From Candidatus Woesearchaeota archaeon (GTDB lineage Archaea > Nanobdellota > Nanobdellia > Pacearchaeales > GW2011-AR1), in NCBI GenBank assembly GCA_964558795.1, contig CAZLFJ010000002.1:1-48958 (forward strand): a stretch of DNA of 48,958 bases, read 5' to 3'. Shown here piece after piece: positions 25,536-35,151 of this stretch. The notes under the pieces are model-generated. The model had not been told where the DNA came from. It made no database searches and saw only the letters and a list, made by a program, of their open reading frames with translations. The position numbers and the translations under genes are program-made. Numbering within the stretch: the stretch's first letter is position 1; the number at the start of each line of letters is the position of its first letter.

Positions 25536-27440
25536 ATGGTTCAAAAGAGAGTTATTTTACATCAAGAAGTTTATTTTTTATCATTAATGATTGTCCTAAG
25601 TTTAATCACTCTTTTATTTTCATTCTTTTCTTCTTTCTCAAATTATAGGACCTATACCATATTTATCAAATATCTTTTTGTTAATTCTTTATTATTTTTA
25701 TCCCTCTCTTGGTTATTTGAGATAACAAAAAATTCTAAAAGATTTAAAATAACACTTATTTTGGCTAGTGTTATCTATTCTTTTTTTTACATAGTTTCTT
25801 CCATAGCTTTTATTACAACAGGACAAATTACAAGAATTCAAACCATCTTCTTCATTATTAAAGTAAATCCTCTTTATTTATCTCTAATCGTTCCCCCTCT
25901 TTTAATCTTCCTCTTTTTATTCTTATCTTTAATAATTGACAAGAGAATTTTATTTAGTTACAAAAACAAGAGAATCTTTAATAAAAAATTATTCCTTATA
26001 TTTTTAGTATTTTTATTCTTTGTCGGATTCAATTTATTCTATCCAGAACTTAAAATAGAAGAAGAACTGTTAGCAGACTATCCTTCTGACAGAGGTTTTT
26101 TATTATTCTCCAATCAAACGGAAGGCACCCCCCTAATCTTATCTAATAAAAACGAAACCAAATTAAATGTGATTTTTATTTTACTCGAATCTGTCAACTC
26201 CGATAGGCTTTCTTCATACGGATACGAAAAAAATGTCACTCCCAATATAGATTTTATTGTAGAGAACGGGTTAATGTTTGAGAATGCATACACTGTTGCG
26301 ACCCACTCAGATTATGCACAACCAGCTTATCTATCCTCAAACCATGTTCTAAAAAACAACATTAGAAACCTCTTCAAGGAACAAGAAAATCAAAATGCTG
26401 TTTGGCAGATATTCAAAAGAGAAGGATACAAAACATATTATTTTTCTTCTCAAGACGATAATTGGGCAGGTATGAATAACTATTTTAATTATAGTTCATT
26501 AGATTACTATTGGTATTCCGAAACAGATGGATTAAAAGATTACGGCTGGGGTGTGGGGAAAAAAGATTATGATCATAAAACTATTGAAAAAGCAATTGTC
26601 ATTCTGAATGAGACTCGCTTTAAGGGTAATTGTTATGAACTTCAGAATAATTCAAATGTTCTCTTAAAAAAAGATTTTTTACCTGCAAGTAGTTGTTCTT
26701 CCAACCCTGTAGATCCCTTCTTTCTGTATCTAAATTTTCAGGCAACCCACGATCCTCTTGTATTTCCTCCAGAATATTCACATTTTGTTCCAGATAAAAT
26801 CTCTCCTATAGATTCTGAAGAAGAAAATATTGTCGCCAAAGTCAATAGATATGACAATGCACTGAGGTATATAGATTTTCAAGTTGGAACTCTATTAGAT
26901 TACTTAAGGGAAACAAATCAATTGAATGATACTCTCATCATACTCTCCTCCGATCATGGACACGATTTATATAGTAGGCATAACAGTTACGGACACGGAC
27001 TCAGCATTTACGAAGATGAAATAAAAGTTCCTCTCGCTTTTTTAATTCCTGGAGAAGAACCAAGAGTTATTCGGGAAAGAGTTAGTCATATAGATGTTTT
27101 GCCAAGTGTAATCAAATTAATGGTTTTTAATTTTCCCATTGGGCTTAGGGGAAGACCCTTCGAGTCTAATCGTAGGATCTTCTTTTATGCTCAGAACCAT
27201 ATGTACCTAATCGGAATGATTGAAGGAGATTTAAAAATAATTTTGGATATTAATCGTAATCTTGCAGAGGTATATAATCTTACTAAAGATCCCCTAGAAC
27301 AATATAACCTTATTAAAACGGGGGACTATCTCCCCCAGATTAGATTGCTTCTTACCTGGCATCATTGTCAGTTAAACTATTTCTCTAAAGACGAACCGGA
27401 ATATGGGCTGGAAAAGTATTGTGAGATTTTTAGAAACTAA
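25536..27440 (+). CDS. membrane-anchored sulfatase / LtaS-like phosphotransferase (alkaline-phosphatase superfamily)
   Basis: N-terminal multi-TM domain, then NVIFILLESVNSDRLSSYGY, then ILSSDHGHDL. These are the metal/nucleophile motifs of the sulfatase family. Confidence 0.8.
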   Translation: MVQKRVILHQEVYFLSLMIVLSLITLLFSFFSSFSNYRTYTIFIKYLFVNSLLFLSLSWLFEITKNSKRFKITLILASVIYSFFYIVSSIAFITTGQITRIQTIFFIIKVNPLYLSLIVPPLLIFLFLFLSLIIDKRILFSYKNKRIFNKKLFLIFLVFLFFVGFNLFYPELKIEEELLADYPSDRGFLLFSNQTEGTPLILSNKNETKLNVIFILLESVNSDRLSSYGYEKNVTPNIDFIVENGLMFENAYTVATHSDYAQPAYLSSNHVLKNNIRNLFKEQENQNAVWQIFKREGYKTYYFSSQDDNWAGMNNYFNYSSLDYYWYSETDGLKDYGWGVGKKDYDHKTIEKAIVILNETRFKGNCYELQNNSNVLLKKDFLPASSCSSNPVDPFFLYLNFQATHDPLVFPPEYSHFVPDKISPIDSEEENIVAKVNRYDNALRYIDFQVGTLLDYLRETNQLNDTLIILSSDHGHDLYSRHNSYGHGLSIYEDEIKVPLAFLIPGEEPRVIRERVSHIDVLPSVIKLMVFNFPIGLRGRPFESNRRIFFYAQNHMYLIGMIEGDLKIILDINRNLAEVYNLTKDPLEQYNLIKTGDYLPQIRLLLTWHHCQLNYFSKDEPEYGLEKYCEIFRN

Positions 27441-27484
27441 TCTCCTAATGAGATTAACTAATTCAAAATTCAATTCTATAGAAA

Positions 27485-27556
27485 TGGGGCTGGGGAGAAT
27501 CGAACTCCCTACCTACCGGTCTTCAGCCGGACGCTCTCCCAATGAGCTACAGCCCC
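27485..27556 (-). tRNA. tRNA-Phe (GAA)
   Basis: The minus strand reads GGGGCTGTAGCTCATTGGGAGAGCGTCCGGCTGAAGACCGGTAGGTAGGGAGTTCGATTCTCCCCAGCCCCA. The anticodon loop is CTGAAGA. The tracked ORF 27403-27597 is spurious. Confidence 0.9.
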
Positions 27557-27655
27557 ATAAACTAATAAATAAATCAAGGCTTTTTAAGTCTTTATAATCA
27601 AAGAGTGTTTCCAAAAAAGAATAAGTTTTATAAACCCCCGACCCATAAAATAAAT

Positions 27656-27880
27656 ATGAAAAAGAGTGTTAAAGAAGAAGTGAAGAAAGTTTCCGATAAG
27701 AAATGCTATTGGTGTGCTTCTATGTGCGATATCGCCTCTACAAAATGGGCAGTATTCTTCTTTACACTATTTCTGGTGACTTTATTTCCTAGGATTGCTT
27801 CTCAAGATTGGAAATGGGCTTTTCTAGTAATGGCAATATTGATATCAATTAAACCTCTTATCAGTTTCTTTAAAAAATGA
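27656..27880 (+). CDS. small two-TM membrane protein
   Basis: The ATG at 27656 is ~25 nt downstream of TTTTATAAA. CYWCASMC is followed by two hydrophobic helices. Its stop overlaps the next start (ATGA). Confidence 0.45.
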   Translation: MKKSVKEEVKKVSDKKCYWCASMCDIASTKWAVFFFTLFLVTLFPRIASQDWKWAFLVMAILISIKPLISFFKK

Positions 27881-28437
27881 ATTCCAAAAAAGCTGCAATG
27901 GAGTTAAGTATCGGAACGATTGTAATTATAGTTCTTGCAATGTCAATGTTAATTTTTGGATTAATTCTAATCAGAAACATTTTCGCCGGTGGAACAAGTG
28001 CAATAGATTCAATCAACGATCAAGTAACAAACGAAATAAATAAAATGTTCGGAGAGGACAAAAAAGTTGTAATCTATCCATCAGTAAATCCTATAGTGGT
28101 TAAACAAGACAAACAAAGCGGTTTTGCTTTAGGCATTAAAAACAAATTAACTGGAATCTCTTCTCAAAATGCCGAGTTCTCTTATACAATTGTTCCAATA
28201 TCTGATGTTGAGCAGGATTGTGGTGTTACAAAAGAAGATTTAATGGATCTTTTTGTTGCAGGATCCTCCGAAGACACAAATATTCCAATACCTACAGGTT
28301 CTGCACCCCAATCAATTCCTATCCTCTTCAATACCGGTGAAGGAGACCCTCTTTGCACAGTAAGATTTAGAATAGATGTAAAAGCAAACAACAACAACTA
28401 CGAAGTTGTTTATGTTTATGTTAAATTCAGAGATTAA
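27877..28437 (+). CDS. archaeal type IV pilin-like protein (class III signal peptide)
   Basis: MNSKKAAMELSIGTIVIIVLAMSMLIFGLILI has a short basic N-region, a small residue and a long hydrophobic helix, followed by a ~150-aa globular domain. Confidence 0.55.
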   Translation: MNSKKAAMELSIGTIVIIVLAMSMLIFGLILIRNIFAGGTSAIDSINDQVTNEINKMFGEDKKVVIYPSVNPIVVKQDKQSGFALGIKNKLTGISSQNAEFSYTIVPISDVEQDCGVTKEDLMDLFVAGSSEDTNIPIPTGSAPQSIPILFNTGEGDPLCTVRFRIDVKANNNNYEVVYVYVKFRD

Positions 28438-28475
28438 TTTAGTGGTCTTTTTAAACTTCTTTCTTTATCAATAAA

Positions 28476-29345
28476 ATGACAAAAATTTTTGCAATTAGCG
28501 ATTTTCATGGACAACTCTCTGATAAGATTATCTTGAAGATAAAGAAAGAAAACCCAGAGATAATCTTAAGTTCCGGGGATTTTTGCGGGAATAAGAGATT
28601 GGGAAAATTATTTTTTAAATATGCTTATGGGAAATCAGAAGAAGAAATACCTGAAAATATAAAAAAAGAAATGGAAAAATTGCAAGAAAATTCTCTTTTC
28701 GCAGGTAAAAAGATAATTCAAAAAATTAAATCTTTGAATATTCCAACATTTGCAATTCGTGGCAATTGGGATCCTGCGCCCCTCGGACATGATATTCCTC
28801 AAGGAAAACACACCTTGGAAGATTTAGCATTTATCCTGTTGTTTGAAAAGCTAGAATCGAAAAACTTTCACTTCGTAGATGGCTCGATTCTTGAGGGGCC
28901 AGATTTTATTCTGGTTGGAGGTTTTTCCTCTACTTCTCCATTAAAGCCAATTCCAAAACCAAAAAAGAAATGGATTGAAGAATATGGCAAGAAGGAAGCA
29001 AATAAACTTCTAAAAGAACTATTGAGAGGATGGAAAATCCGTCAAAAAGTTTATGACACTGCCTTTGAAAGTGCAATAAAAATAAAAAGACAAACTGGCA
29101 AGAAGATAATCTTTCTCACTCATAATTGTCCTTATAATACCAAATTAGATAAAATAAAAAAAGGTCCACAAAAAGGAAAACACTATGGCTCATACCAGGA
29201 AAGACTTTTGATCAAAAAATATAAACCTGACATTGTAATATGTGGGCATATGCACGAAAACTTCGGCACAGATAAAATTGGCAAGTCCATTATCTATAAT
29301 ACTGGAAGCGCAATGGATGGAAAGTTTAAGGTGCTGAGAGTTTAA
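28476..29345 (+). CDS. calcineurin-like metallophosphoesterase
   Basis: The motifs SDFHG, GDF, GNWD, THNCP and GHMHE occur in the canonical order. Confidence 0.8.
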   Translation: MTKIFAISDFHGQLSDKIILKIKKENPEIILSSGDFCGNKRLGKLFFKYAYGKSEEEIPENIKKEMEKLQENSLFAGKKIIQKIKSLNIPTFAIRGNWDPAPLGHDIPQGKHTLEDLAFILLFEKLESKNFHFVDGSILEGPDFILVGGFSSTSPLKPIPKPKKKWIEEYGKKEANKLLKELLRGWKIRQKVYDTAFESAIKIKRQTGKKIIFLTHNCPYNTKLDKIKKGPQKGKHYGSYQERLLIKKYKPDIVICGHMHENFGTDKIGKSIIYNTGSAMDGKFKVLRV

Positions 29346-29457
29346 TTCTTTTCCCTAAATAATCATCTCCCAAAGAATCACACAAAACTTTAAAAACTTG
29401 AATAACTATAAAATATCATGGCAGAGTTAAATAATCAAGAATCTGAATCTTTTACTA

Positions 29458-30327
29458 GTGCCAACTATCTCTGCAATAAATTCTAATGTCTTGGATCTAA
29501 TTGGAAATACGCCTCTTTTGAAAATTTCTTTTAAAGATTCCACTATTTTCGCAAAACTTGAAAAAATAAATCCCTTTGGTTCTGTAAAAGATAGGGTGGC
29601 CCTAAATCTAATCAATCAAGCTGAATTAGAGGGCCAATTACAAAAAGGCGATACAATCATTGAAGCAAGCTCTGGAAATACTGCAATTGGTCTAGCAGCG
29701 ATTGCTAAAATAAAAGGTTATAAGATCAACGTAGCTCTTCCAGAAGATGCAAGTCTTGAAAGAATAAAACTCTTAAAAAAACTAGGGGCAAGATTAATCT
29801 TTATCTCAAGGGAAGATTGGGGGAAAAACGCAATTGAACAAGTCAAGATTATGGCAAAAGAAAATAATTGGAAATTTTTGAATCAATACGAGAATAAGGC
29901 TAATGTAGAAGCACATGAAAAAACCGGACTTGAGATTCTAAATCAACTAAATGGCACAAAAATTGATATTCTGGTCTTAGGAATTGGAACTGGGGGAACA
30001 ATCACCGGACTCTCTAAAATCCTCAAGAAAAATTTTCCACAAATGAAGGTATTTGGTATATTGCCCAAAGATAACATTGAAGGGATTAGAAACATAACAA
30101 TCTTTTCTCCAAAGATTCTAGATAAGAATTTTATAGATGGATTTATAGAAATTAACAGCAGTGAAGTCGAAGATTCATTCAATGAACTTGTTAATGGGGG
30201 AATACTTGTGGGCAAAAGCTCTGCAGCAGCGTTTGCAGTATCAAAGAAAATAATATTACAAACCAAATCCAAAAATGTATTAACTCTATTCCCTGACGGG
30301 ATAGAGAAATATCTAAGTTACATTTAA
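29458..30327 (+). CDS. PLP-dependent cysteine synthase / CBS-like enzyme (fold type II)
   Basis: LIGNTPLLKI, NPFGSVKDRVAL (PLP lysine), SSGNTAIGLA and GTGGTITG. GTG start. Confidence 0.85.
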   Translation: MPTISAINSNVLDLIGNTPLLKISFKDSTIFAKLEKINPFGSVKDRVALNLINQAELEGQLQKGDTIIEASSGNTAIGLAAIAKIKGYKINVALPEDASLERIKLLKKLGARLIFISREDWGKNAIEQVKIMAKENNWKFLNQYENKANVEAHEKTGLEILNQLNGTKIDILVLGIGTGGTITGLSKILKKNFPQMKVFGILPKDNIEGIRNITIFSPKILDKNFIDGFIEINSSEVEDSFNELVNGGILVGKSSAAAFAVSKKIILQTKSKNVLTLFPDGIEKYLSYI

Positions 30328-30351
30328 ATAATCTTAAAAATAACAAATAGC

Positions 30352-31683
30352 ATGGTACTAAAATTATACAATACACTAACAAGAGAAAAAGAAATATTCA
30401 AACCAATCAAAGAAGGAAAAGTTGGAATGTATGTGTGTGGGCCAACAGTAAATGATGTTCCTCATCTAGGTCATGCCAAATCACAGATTTCCGTTCATAG
30501 TCTGAGAAGATATCTGAGTTTTGCGGCTTATAAGGTGAAGTTTAGCTCAAACATAACAGATATAGATGACAAAAGTATAAAGAAGGCAAACGATCTTGGA
30601 ATTTCTATAAAAGAATTAACACAAAAAAATGTAAAGGAACACATCACAGATTATTCTGCTCTGAACGTAATAGAACCGACAAAGAGAACCTATGCCACAG
30701 GATACATAAGGGAAATGGTAGGTTTAGTTTCAATTTTAGAAGAAAAAGGCTATACCTATATAATAGAAAGAGATGGAGTATACTACGATTTATCCAAATT
30801 CAAAGAATATGGAAAACTTTCTCATCAGAAATTGGAAGATTTAAGGGTCGGAGCAAGAAAGGAAGCAAATGACAATAAAAAAAATCCTCAAGATTTTGTT
30901 TTATGGAAATTTTCAAAAGAAAATGAGCCTTCATGGAATTCTCCTTGGGGTGCCGGTCGTCCTGGTTGGCACATAGAATGCTCAGCTATGACTCATGCAG
31001 TTCTTGGAGTTCCTTTTGATATTCACGGTGGTGGTGCAGATTTGATTTTTCCTCACCATGAAGATGAACTTGCACAAAGCGAAGTAGCATACGGAGCATT
31101 TGTGAACTACTGGCTACATAATGGAATGGTCAATGTGGAAGGCACAAAAATGTCCAAATCCCTTGGAAACTTCAAAACAATAAAGGATTTGTTTTCTTTA
31201 TATTCTCCAATGGTCATTAGATATTTTGTAGTCTCAGCACAATACAACAAACCCACAGATTTTTCATTACAATCATTAGATGATGCAAAGAATTCTTATG
31301 AAAGATTAAAACGCTTGGTGGAAAAAATTGAAGATGATAAACTAATCAATGAAGAGTATTTAGAAAAATTCAGGGAATCAATGGATGATGACCTAAACAC
31401 TCCAAAGGCACTTGCAGTTCTATGGGAAATTGCTAGAAATGAAAAAGCAGAAGGAAAATATCGCGCAATAAAAAAGATTGATGAAGTTTTCGGACTAAAA
31501 CTTTTTGAAAAAGAAATTCTTGAAATTCCTGCTGAAATAAAATCTCTAGCACAAGAAAGACTAAATGCAAAAAAAGAAAAAGATTTCAAAAGATCTGACG
31601 AATTAAGAGATAAACTAAACTCTCTAGGTTGGAATATTAAAGATACAAAAGAAGGTTATGAGCTAGAGAAAACTAATTCCTAA
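30352..31683 (+). CDS. cysS: cysteine--tRNA ligase
   Basis: YVCGPTVNDVPHLGHAKS (HIGH), WHIECSAM (zinc site) and TKMSKSLGN (KMSKS). Confidence 0.95.
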   Translation: MVLKLYNTLTREKEIFKPIKEGKVGMYVCGPTVNDVPHLGHAKSQISVHSLRRYLSFAAYKVKFSSNITDIDDKSIKKANDLGISIKELTQKNVKEHITDYSALNVIEPTKRTYATGYIREMVGLVSILEEKGYTYIIERDGVYYDLSKFKEYGKLSHQKLEDLRVGARKEANDNKKNPQDFVLWKFSKENEPSWNSPWGAGRPGWHIECSAMTHAVLGVPFDIHGGGADLIFPHHEDELAQSEVAYGAFVNYWLHNGMVNVEGTKMSKSLGNFKTIKDLFSLYSPMVIRYFVVSAQYNKPTDFSLQSLDDAKNSYERLKRLVEKIEDDKLINEEYLEKFRESMDDDLNTPKALAVLWEIARNEKAEGKYRAIKKIDEVFGLKLFEKEILEIPAEIKSLAQERLNAKKEKDFKRSDELRDKLNSLGWNIKDTKEGYELEKTNS

Positions 31684-32238
31684 TTTTAGCATTATTCCTA
31701 GCAATAAGATCGTTATTGCCCTAGGAATCATTCCATAAAACAGAAAAGCTTTTCTCCTAAGTCCAAGTGCTCCAAATATTAGAGGCACATAAGGCAATGG
31801 AGTCATAGCAGATATTATTACAATTATTGCCCCCTTTCTATCCCAAAGAGAAAGAACTTTCTGCATAGATTTTCTTGAGAATAAAGGACAGACAAAACTA
31901 AAACCCTATTTTCTTCCAATCTCAAAAGCCAAAATTGAACCTGTAACCGAACCAACAATTGCAAAAGCTGTAGCATAAAGAGTATTAATTCCAATACTAC
32001 TTGCAAGAATCACGCCAACAAATGGATGCCAAAATTGGGGGAACATTTCAAGCAAAAAGGCTATTCCAAAAACACCTAAAACGCCATATCTTGCAACCTC
32101 TTTAGTTAATTCCTCTTGCATTATATTATACTTGACCAGAAGAAATATGCTAAAACCTAGGATAATCAAGATAACAATTAGATCAATTATCTCTATCCTT
32201 CTTTTCTTTGCAGTATTATAAATACAAACTCTTTCCAT
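31663..32238 (-). pseudogene. disrupted tandem paralog of the DedA/VTT-like gene at 32307-32882
   Basis: ORF 31906-32238 aligns with residues ~1-110 of the intact paralog (through AFEIGRK). ORF 31663-31866 aligns with the C-terminal third (ISAMTPLPYVPLIFGALGLRRK). The connecting ~40 nt need a frame change and contain a TAG in the best-matching frame (KIGF*FCLSF versus KYGFRIICPLF). Confidence 0.7.
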
Positions 32239-32306
32239 CGAAGATATAATTAATTACAAGATTTAAACTTATTGGGTTGATAATCACTATCATTCTTTAT
32301 CCGATA

Positions 32307-32882
32307 CTAAATAAGATTTATTCCTACTTGCAACAAATAGCCTAGGATCATAAAACTGACAGCTCTTGGAATAATTCCATAAATCCAGAAGTATTTTCTT
32401 TTAATACCCAACGAACCAAACATTAGAGGTAGATATGGCAGGGGGGACATTGCAGATATGAAAATAAATAAATTTCCATAATTATTCAAACTTTTAAGAG
32501 TTCTTACTAGTGTTTTTTCAGAGAATAATGGACAGATAATTCTAAATCCGTATTTTCTTCCTATTTCAAAAGCAATAGCTGCTCCAACAAAACTTCCTGC
32601 CAAAGCGAATAGTGTTGCAATCGTAACATTTAGTCCAATTCCTGAAGCAAATATTACGCTAGAAAATGGATGAATAAGCTGTGGAACAGACTCCAAAACA
32701 AAAGAGAAAACAAATACACCCATGAATCCATATTTTTCAACGGTATGGGAGAGTTCTTCTTGAAAATAATTATATTTAATTATCGCAAAAATACTAATAA
32801 AAAGTATTATGGAGATAATTATTCCATCAATAATTCTTGCCCTATTTTTATTCTTATAATCGCAAACAAATTGTTCATCCAT
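32307..32882 (-). CDS. DedA/VTT-domain-like membrane protein
   Basis: 191 aa. VLESVPQLIHPF...AFEIGRKYG...ISAMSPLPYLPLMFGSLGIKRK. Confidence 0.65.
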   Translation of the reverse strand: MDEQFVCDYKNKNRARIIDGIIISIILFISIFAIIKYNYFQEELSHTVEKYGFMGVFVFSFVLESVPQLIHPFSSVIFASGIGLNVTIATLFALAGSFVGAAIAFEIGRKYGFRIICPLFSEKTLVRTLKSLNNYGNLFIFISAMSPLPYLPLMFGSLGIKRKYFWIYGIIPRAVSFMILGYLLQVGINLI

Positions 32883-33027
32883 AAAAAATTATATTCATTA
32901 GTAAATATAAACTTAATGGATTATGATTCATACTCCTCAAGATTAAATTTATAAAGTTCTTTACTCAGAAAGAACTATGGAACCTGTAAAGAAATAAATT
33001 TATAAACTCTTCATTGTCATAAATATC

Positions 33028-33534
33028 ATGGAGCCAATAATAATTGTTTTTATAGTTATTGGGGTAGTGCTTGCACTTGTGGGAATTCTTCTAATAATCT
33101 CAAAAATGAGGGGTAATATCAAATTAGTTTTATCAAAAACCCAGTTCGCACCCGGAGAAGAAGTCACGGGAAATGTAGCATTAACTTTAAAAAAACCAAC
33201 CGAAGCAAAATTCTTAAGAGTTGGACTTATAGGGGTCCAAAGAACTCGTAATTACAGCTCCCAAGGAACAAGCACACAAGATAAAAATGTATTTGAGTTT
33301 TATCAAGATTTGGATGGACAGAAGATTTATCCCTCGGGAACAAAGGAGTATCCTATTTCCCTGAAGATTCCTTCAGATATTATCAATCAAATAGAGAATC
33401 CCCTGGGAAAAGCAATTGTTGGAGTCGTTTCTGCCCTTACCGGGGCAAGCCATCAGACCAAATGGTACATTATTTCGGAGTTAGAAGTCTCTGGGTTCAA
33501 CATAAAAAAGAAAGTTCAGATTAATATCTACTAA
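33028..33534 (+). CDS. TM-anchored beta-sandwich protein (arrestin/Spo0M-like pattern), function unknown
   Basis: An N-terminal TM helix is followed by GNIKLVLSKTQFAPGEEVTGNVALTLKKPTEAKFLRVGLIG, reminiscent of arrestin-N/Spo0M-type domains. Confidence 0.4.
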   Translation: MEPIIIVFIVIGVVLALVGILLIISKMRGNIKLVLSKTQFAPGEEVTGNVALTLKKPTEAKFLRVGLIGVQRTRNYSSQGTSTQDKNVFEFYQDLDGQKIYPSGTKEYPISLKIPSDIINQIENPLGKAIVGVVSALTGASHQTKWYIISELEVSGFNIKKKVQINIY

Positions 33535-33549
33535 ACTTCATAGAGAATT

Positions 33550-33867
33550 CTAATGAAATAATAAAAGAGCTCCAAATAGGAAACTGACAATATTCGCAAT
33601 TAAAGAAATAACGAAAGCCCTTAAATAGCCTATCTTGAAAAAATGTTCAATCAAAAAAGTCTCGGCTAAAATAACTAAAGATTCAATTAATAAAACTCCT
33701 AAAAATAGAAAAGAATTTGCAAGAGGATTTGTAATAGAGTTAATTAATATAACTCTCCAAAATATCTTCTTGAATTTTTGCTTGATTAGAATTAGAAATA
33801 TAACTAGTTCTATGATTATTGTGAGAAGTAAAACTCCTAAGAGAATGAGAAATGTATCAGTTAGCAT
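33550..33867 (-). CDS. small polytopic membrane protein
   Basis: 105-aa ORF with three or four hydrophobic helices. It overlaps the upstream gene by 11 nt. Confidence 0.45.
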   Translation of the reverse strand: MLTDTFLILLGVLLLTIIIELVIFLILIKQKFKKIFWRVILINSITNPLANSFLFLGVLLIESLVILAETFLIEHFFKIGYLRAFVISLIANIVSFLFGALLLFH

Positions 33868-34453
33868 TTTTTCTTCTCTTTATTAGGATATATAAAAAAA
33901 TAAACATGCCAAGCAAAGGGATTGCATAATAAACATACCTCAGCGGACTTCTATCCGTGATAACTGCTTGAGGTATTCCAGATACAGATTCTAAAGATAC
34001 GACATATTCATTCGTTATTTTTTTATCAGAATATGTAACAGAACCAGAATAGCTTACAAAAGAAATATTTTCTATAGTTTTTATTGCCTTGCTCTGATTT
34101 AATGTTTTATTTAATAAAATTATATCTTCACTAAAGTTTCCAGTAAGTTTAATGTCTTCGTTTTTTATTGCATAAATAAAACTATATCCTCCGCTCATAA
34201 TTCCATGACCATAATATCCAAAAGATGGAATTCTTCCATCTGAATCTATAATTGCATAAGAAAGAAGTTCTAAAGATTCTCTATATCTTGGAGAAAAATA
34301 CATCCCTACAAAGACATAATCTGGGAATTCGGCAATATTTGTAATAATATTCTCAACAGGGATTGGAGGTTTATATCCAGGCATTATTACATCTGCAGAG
34401 ATATAGGGAATTAAGATTATCAATAAGTACAATGAAAAAAATATTTTAACCAT
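33857..34453 (-). CDS. secreted protein with a C-terminal TM anchor (family shared with 34446-35056)
   Basis: Signal peptide MVKIFFSLYLLIILIPYISA and C-terminal AIPLLGMFIFLYILIKRRKNAN. Confidence 0.55.
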   Translation of the reverse strand: MVKIFFSLYLLIILIPYISADVIMPGYKPPIPVENIITNIAEFPDYVFVGMYFSPRYRESLELLSYAIIDSDGRIPSFGYYGHGIMSGGYSFIYAIKNEDIKLTGNFSEDIILLNKTLNQSKAIKTIENISFVSYSGSVTYSDKKITNEYVVSLESVSGIPQAVITDRSPLRYVYYAIPLLGMFIFLYILIKRRKNAN

Positions 34454-35056
34454 TTTTCTTTTTTCTTTTCATTAAGATATAAATAACAATCACTATAGCC
34501 ACTATTGGGATTAGATAATAAAAATATATTAAAAAACTTCTATCTGTAATAATCTTGGAAGGATTTGTAGTCATAGAACCTATTGAAATAACATATTCTT
34601 TTGTAATTGAGCTTCTTGAATCTACGATTGTGCTGTATTCCGAAGTCTCAATCCCTTCAATTACTTTTATCCCTCTTCCAAGATTTATATTTTCCAGTAA
34701 TTCATCTTCATTGACCAGAGAAAAATCAATATTCTTAAAGGCATAAACGCTATTTTCATTACAAGGTCTATTGTAATAAGACATTATTTTTCCGTCATTG
34801 TTGATAACCTCATAAGAATAAATATTTTCAAAACTATCATTTTGTGTCTTGAATGCACAAATTCTCACAAAAGTATATTCTGGAAAGTCTCCAATATTGG
34901 TAATAACATTGCCCAGTTTACAAAATTTCCATTCTCAACATTCTTAATGAATAAAAGTCCAAAAACAAGAAACGCGCAAACAAAGTCCACCAAAAAATGT
35001 GCAAATCCGTAAAGACTCACAAAACTCCAGGAACTTTTATTTAACTTTACTTCCAT
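34446..35056 (-). pseudogene. frameshifted tandem paralog of 33857-34453
   Basis: The signal/TM part is in one frame (34865-35056). The mature part is in another frame, which reads GNVITNIGDFPEYTFVRICAFK upstream of the tracked GTG and matches VENIITNIAEFPDYVFVGMYF of the paralog. The C-terminal anchors align (ITDRSFLIYFYYLIP versus ITDRSPLRYVYYAIP). Confidence 0.55.
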
Positions 35057-35151
35057 GTCTAAATGAAGAACACGCTCTTTTTAAATTATATCCCAATATT
35101 AAAAAAATCAAAACCCTAAATTCTTAAAAACCCTCCTGTAATCAATTTAAC

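Noticed and set aside
27403-27597. 64-aa ORF in the supplied track.
   Set aside because: It is antisense to and fully covers tRNA-Phe, so it is an artefact of the G+C-rich tRNA sequence.
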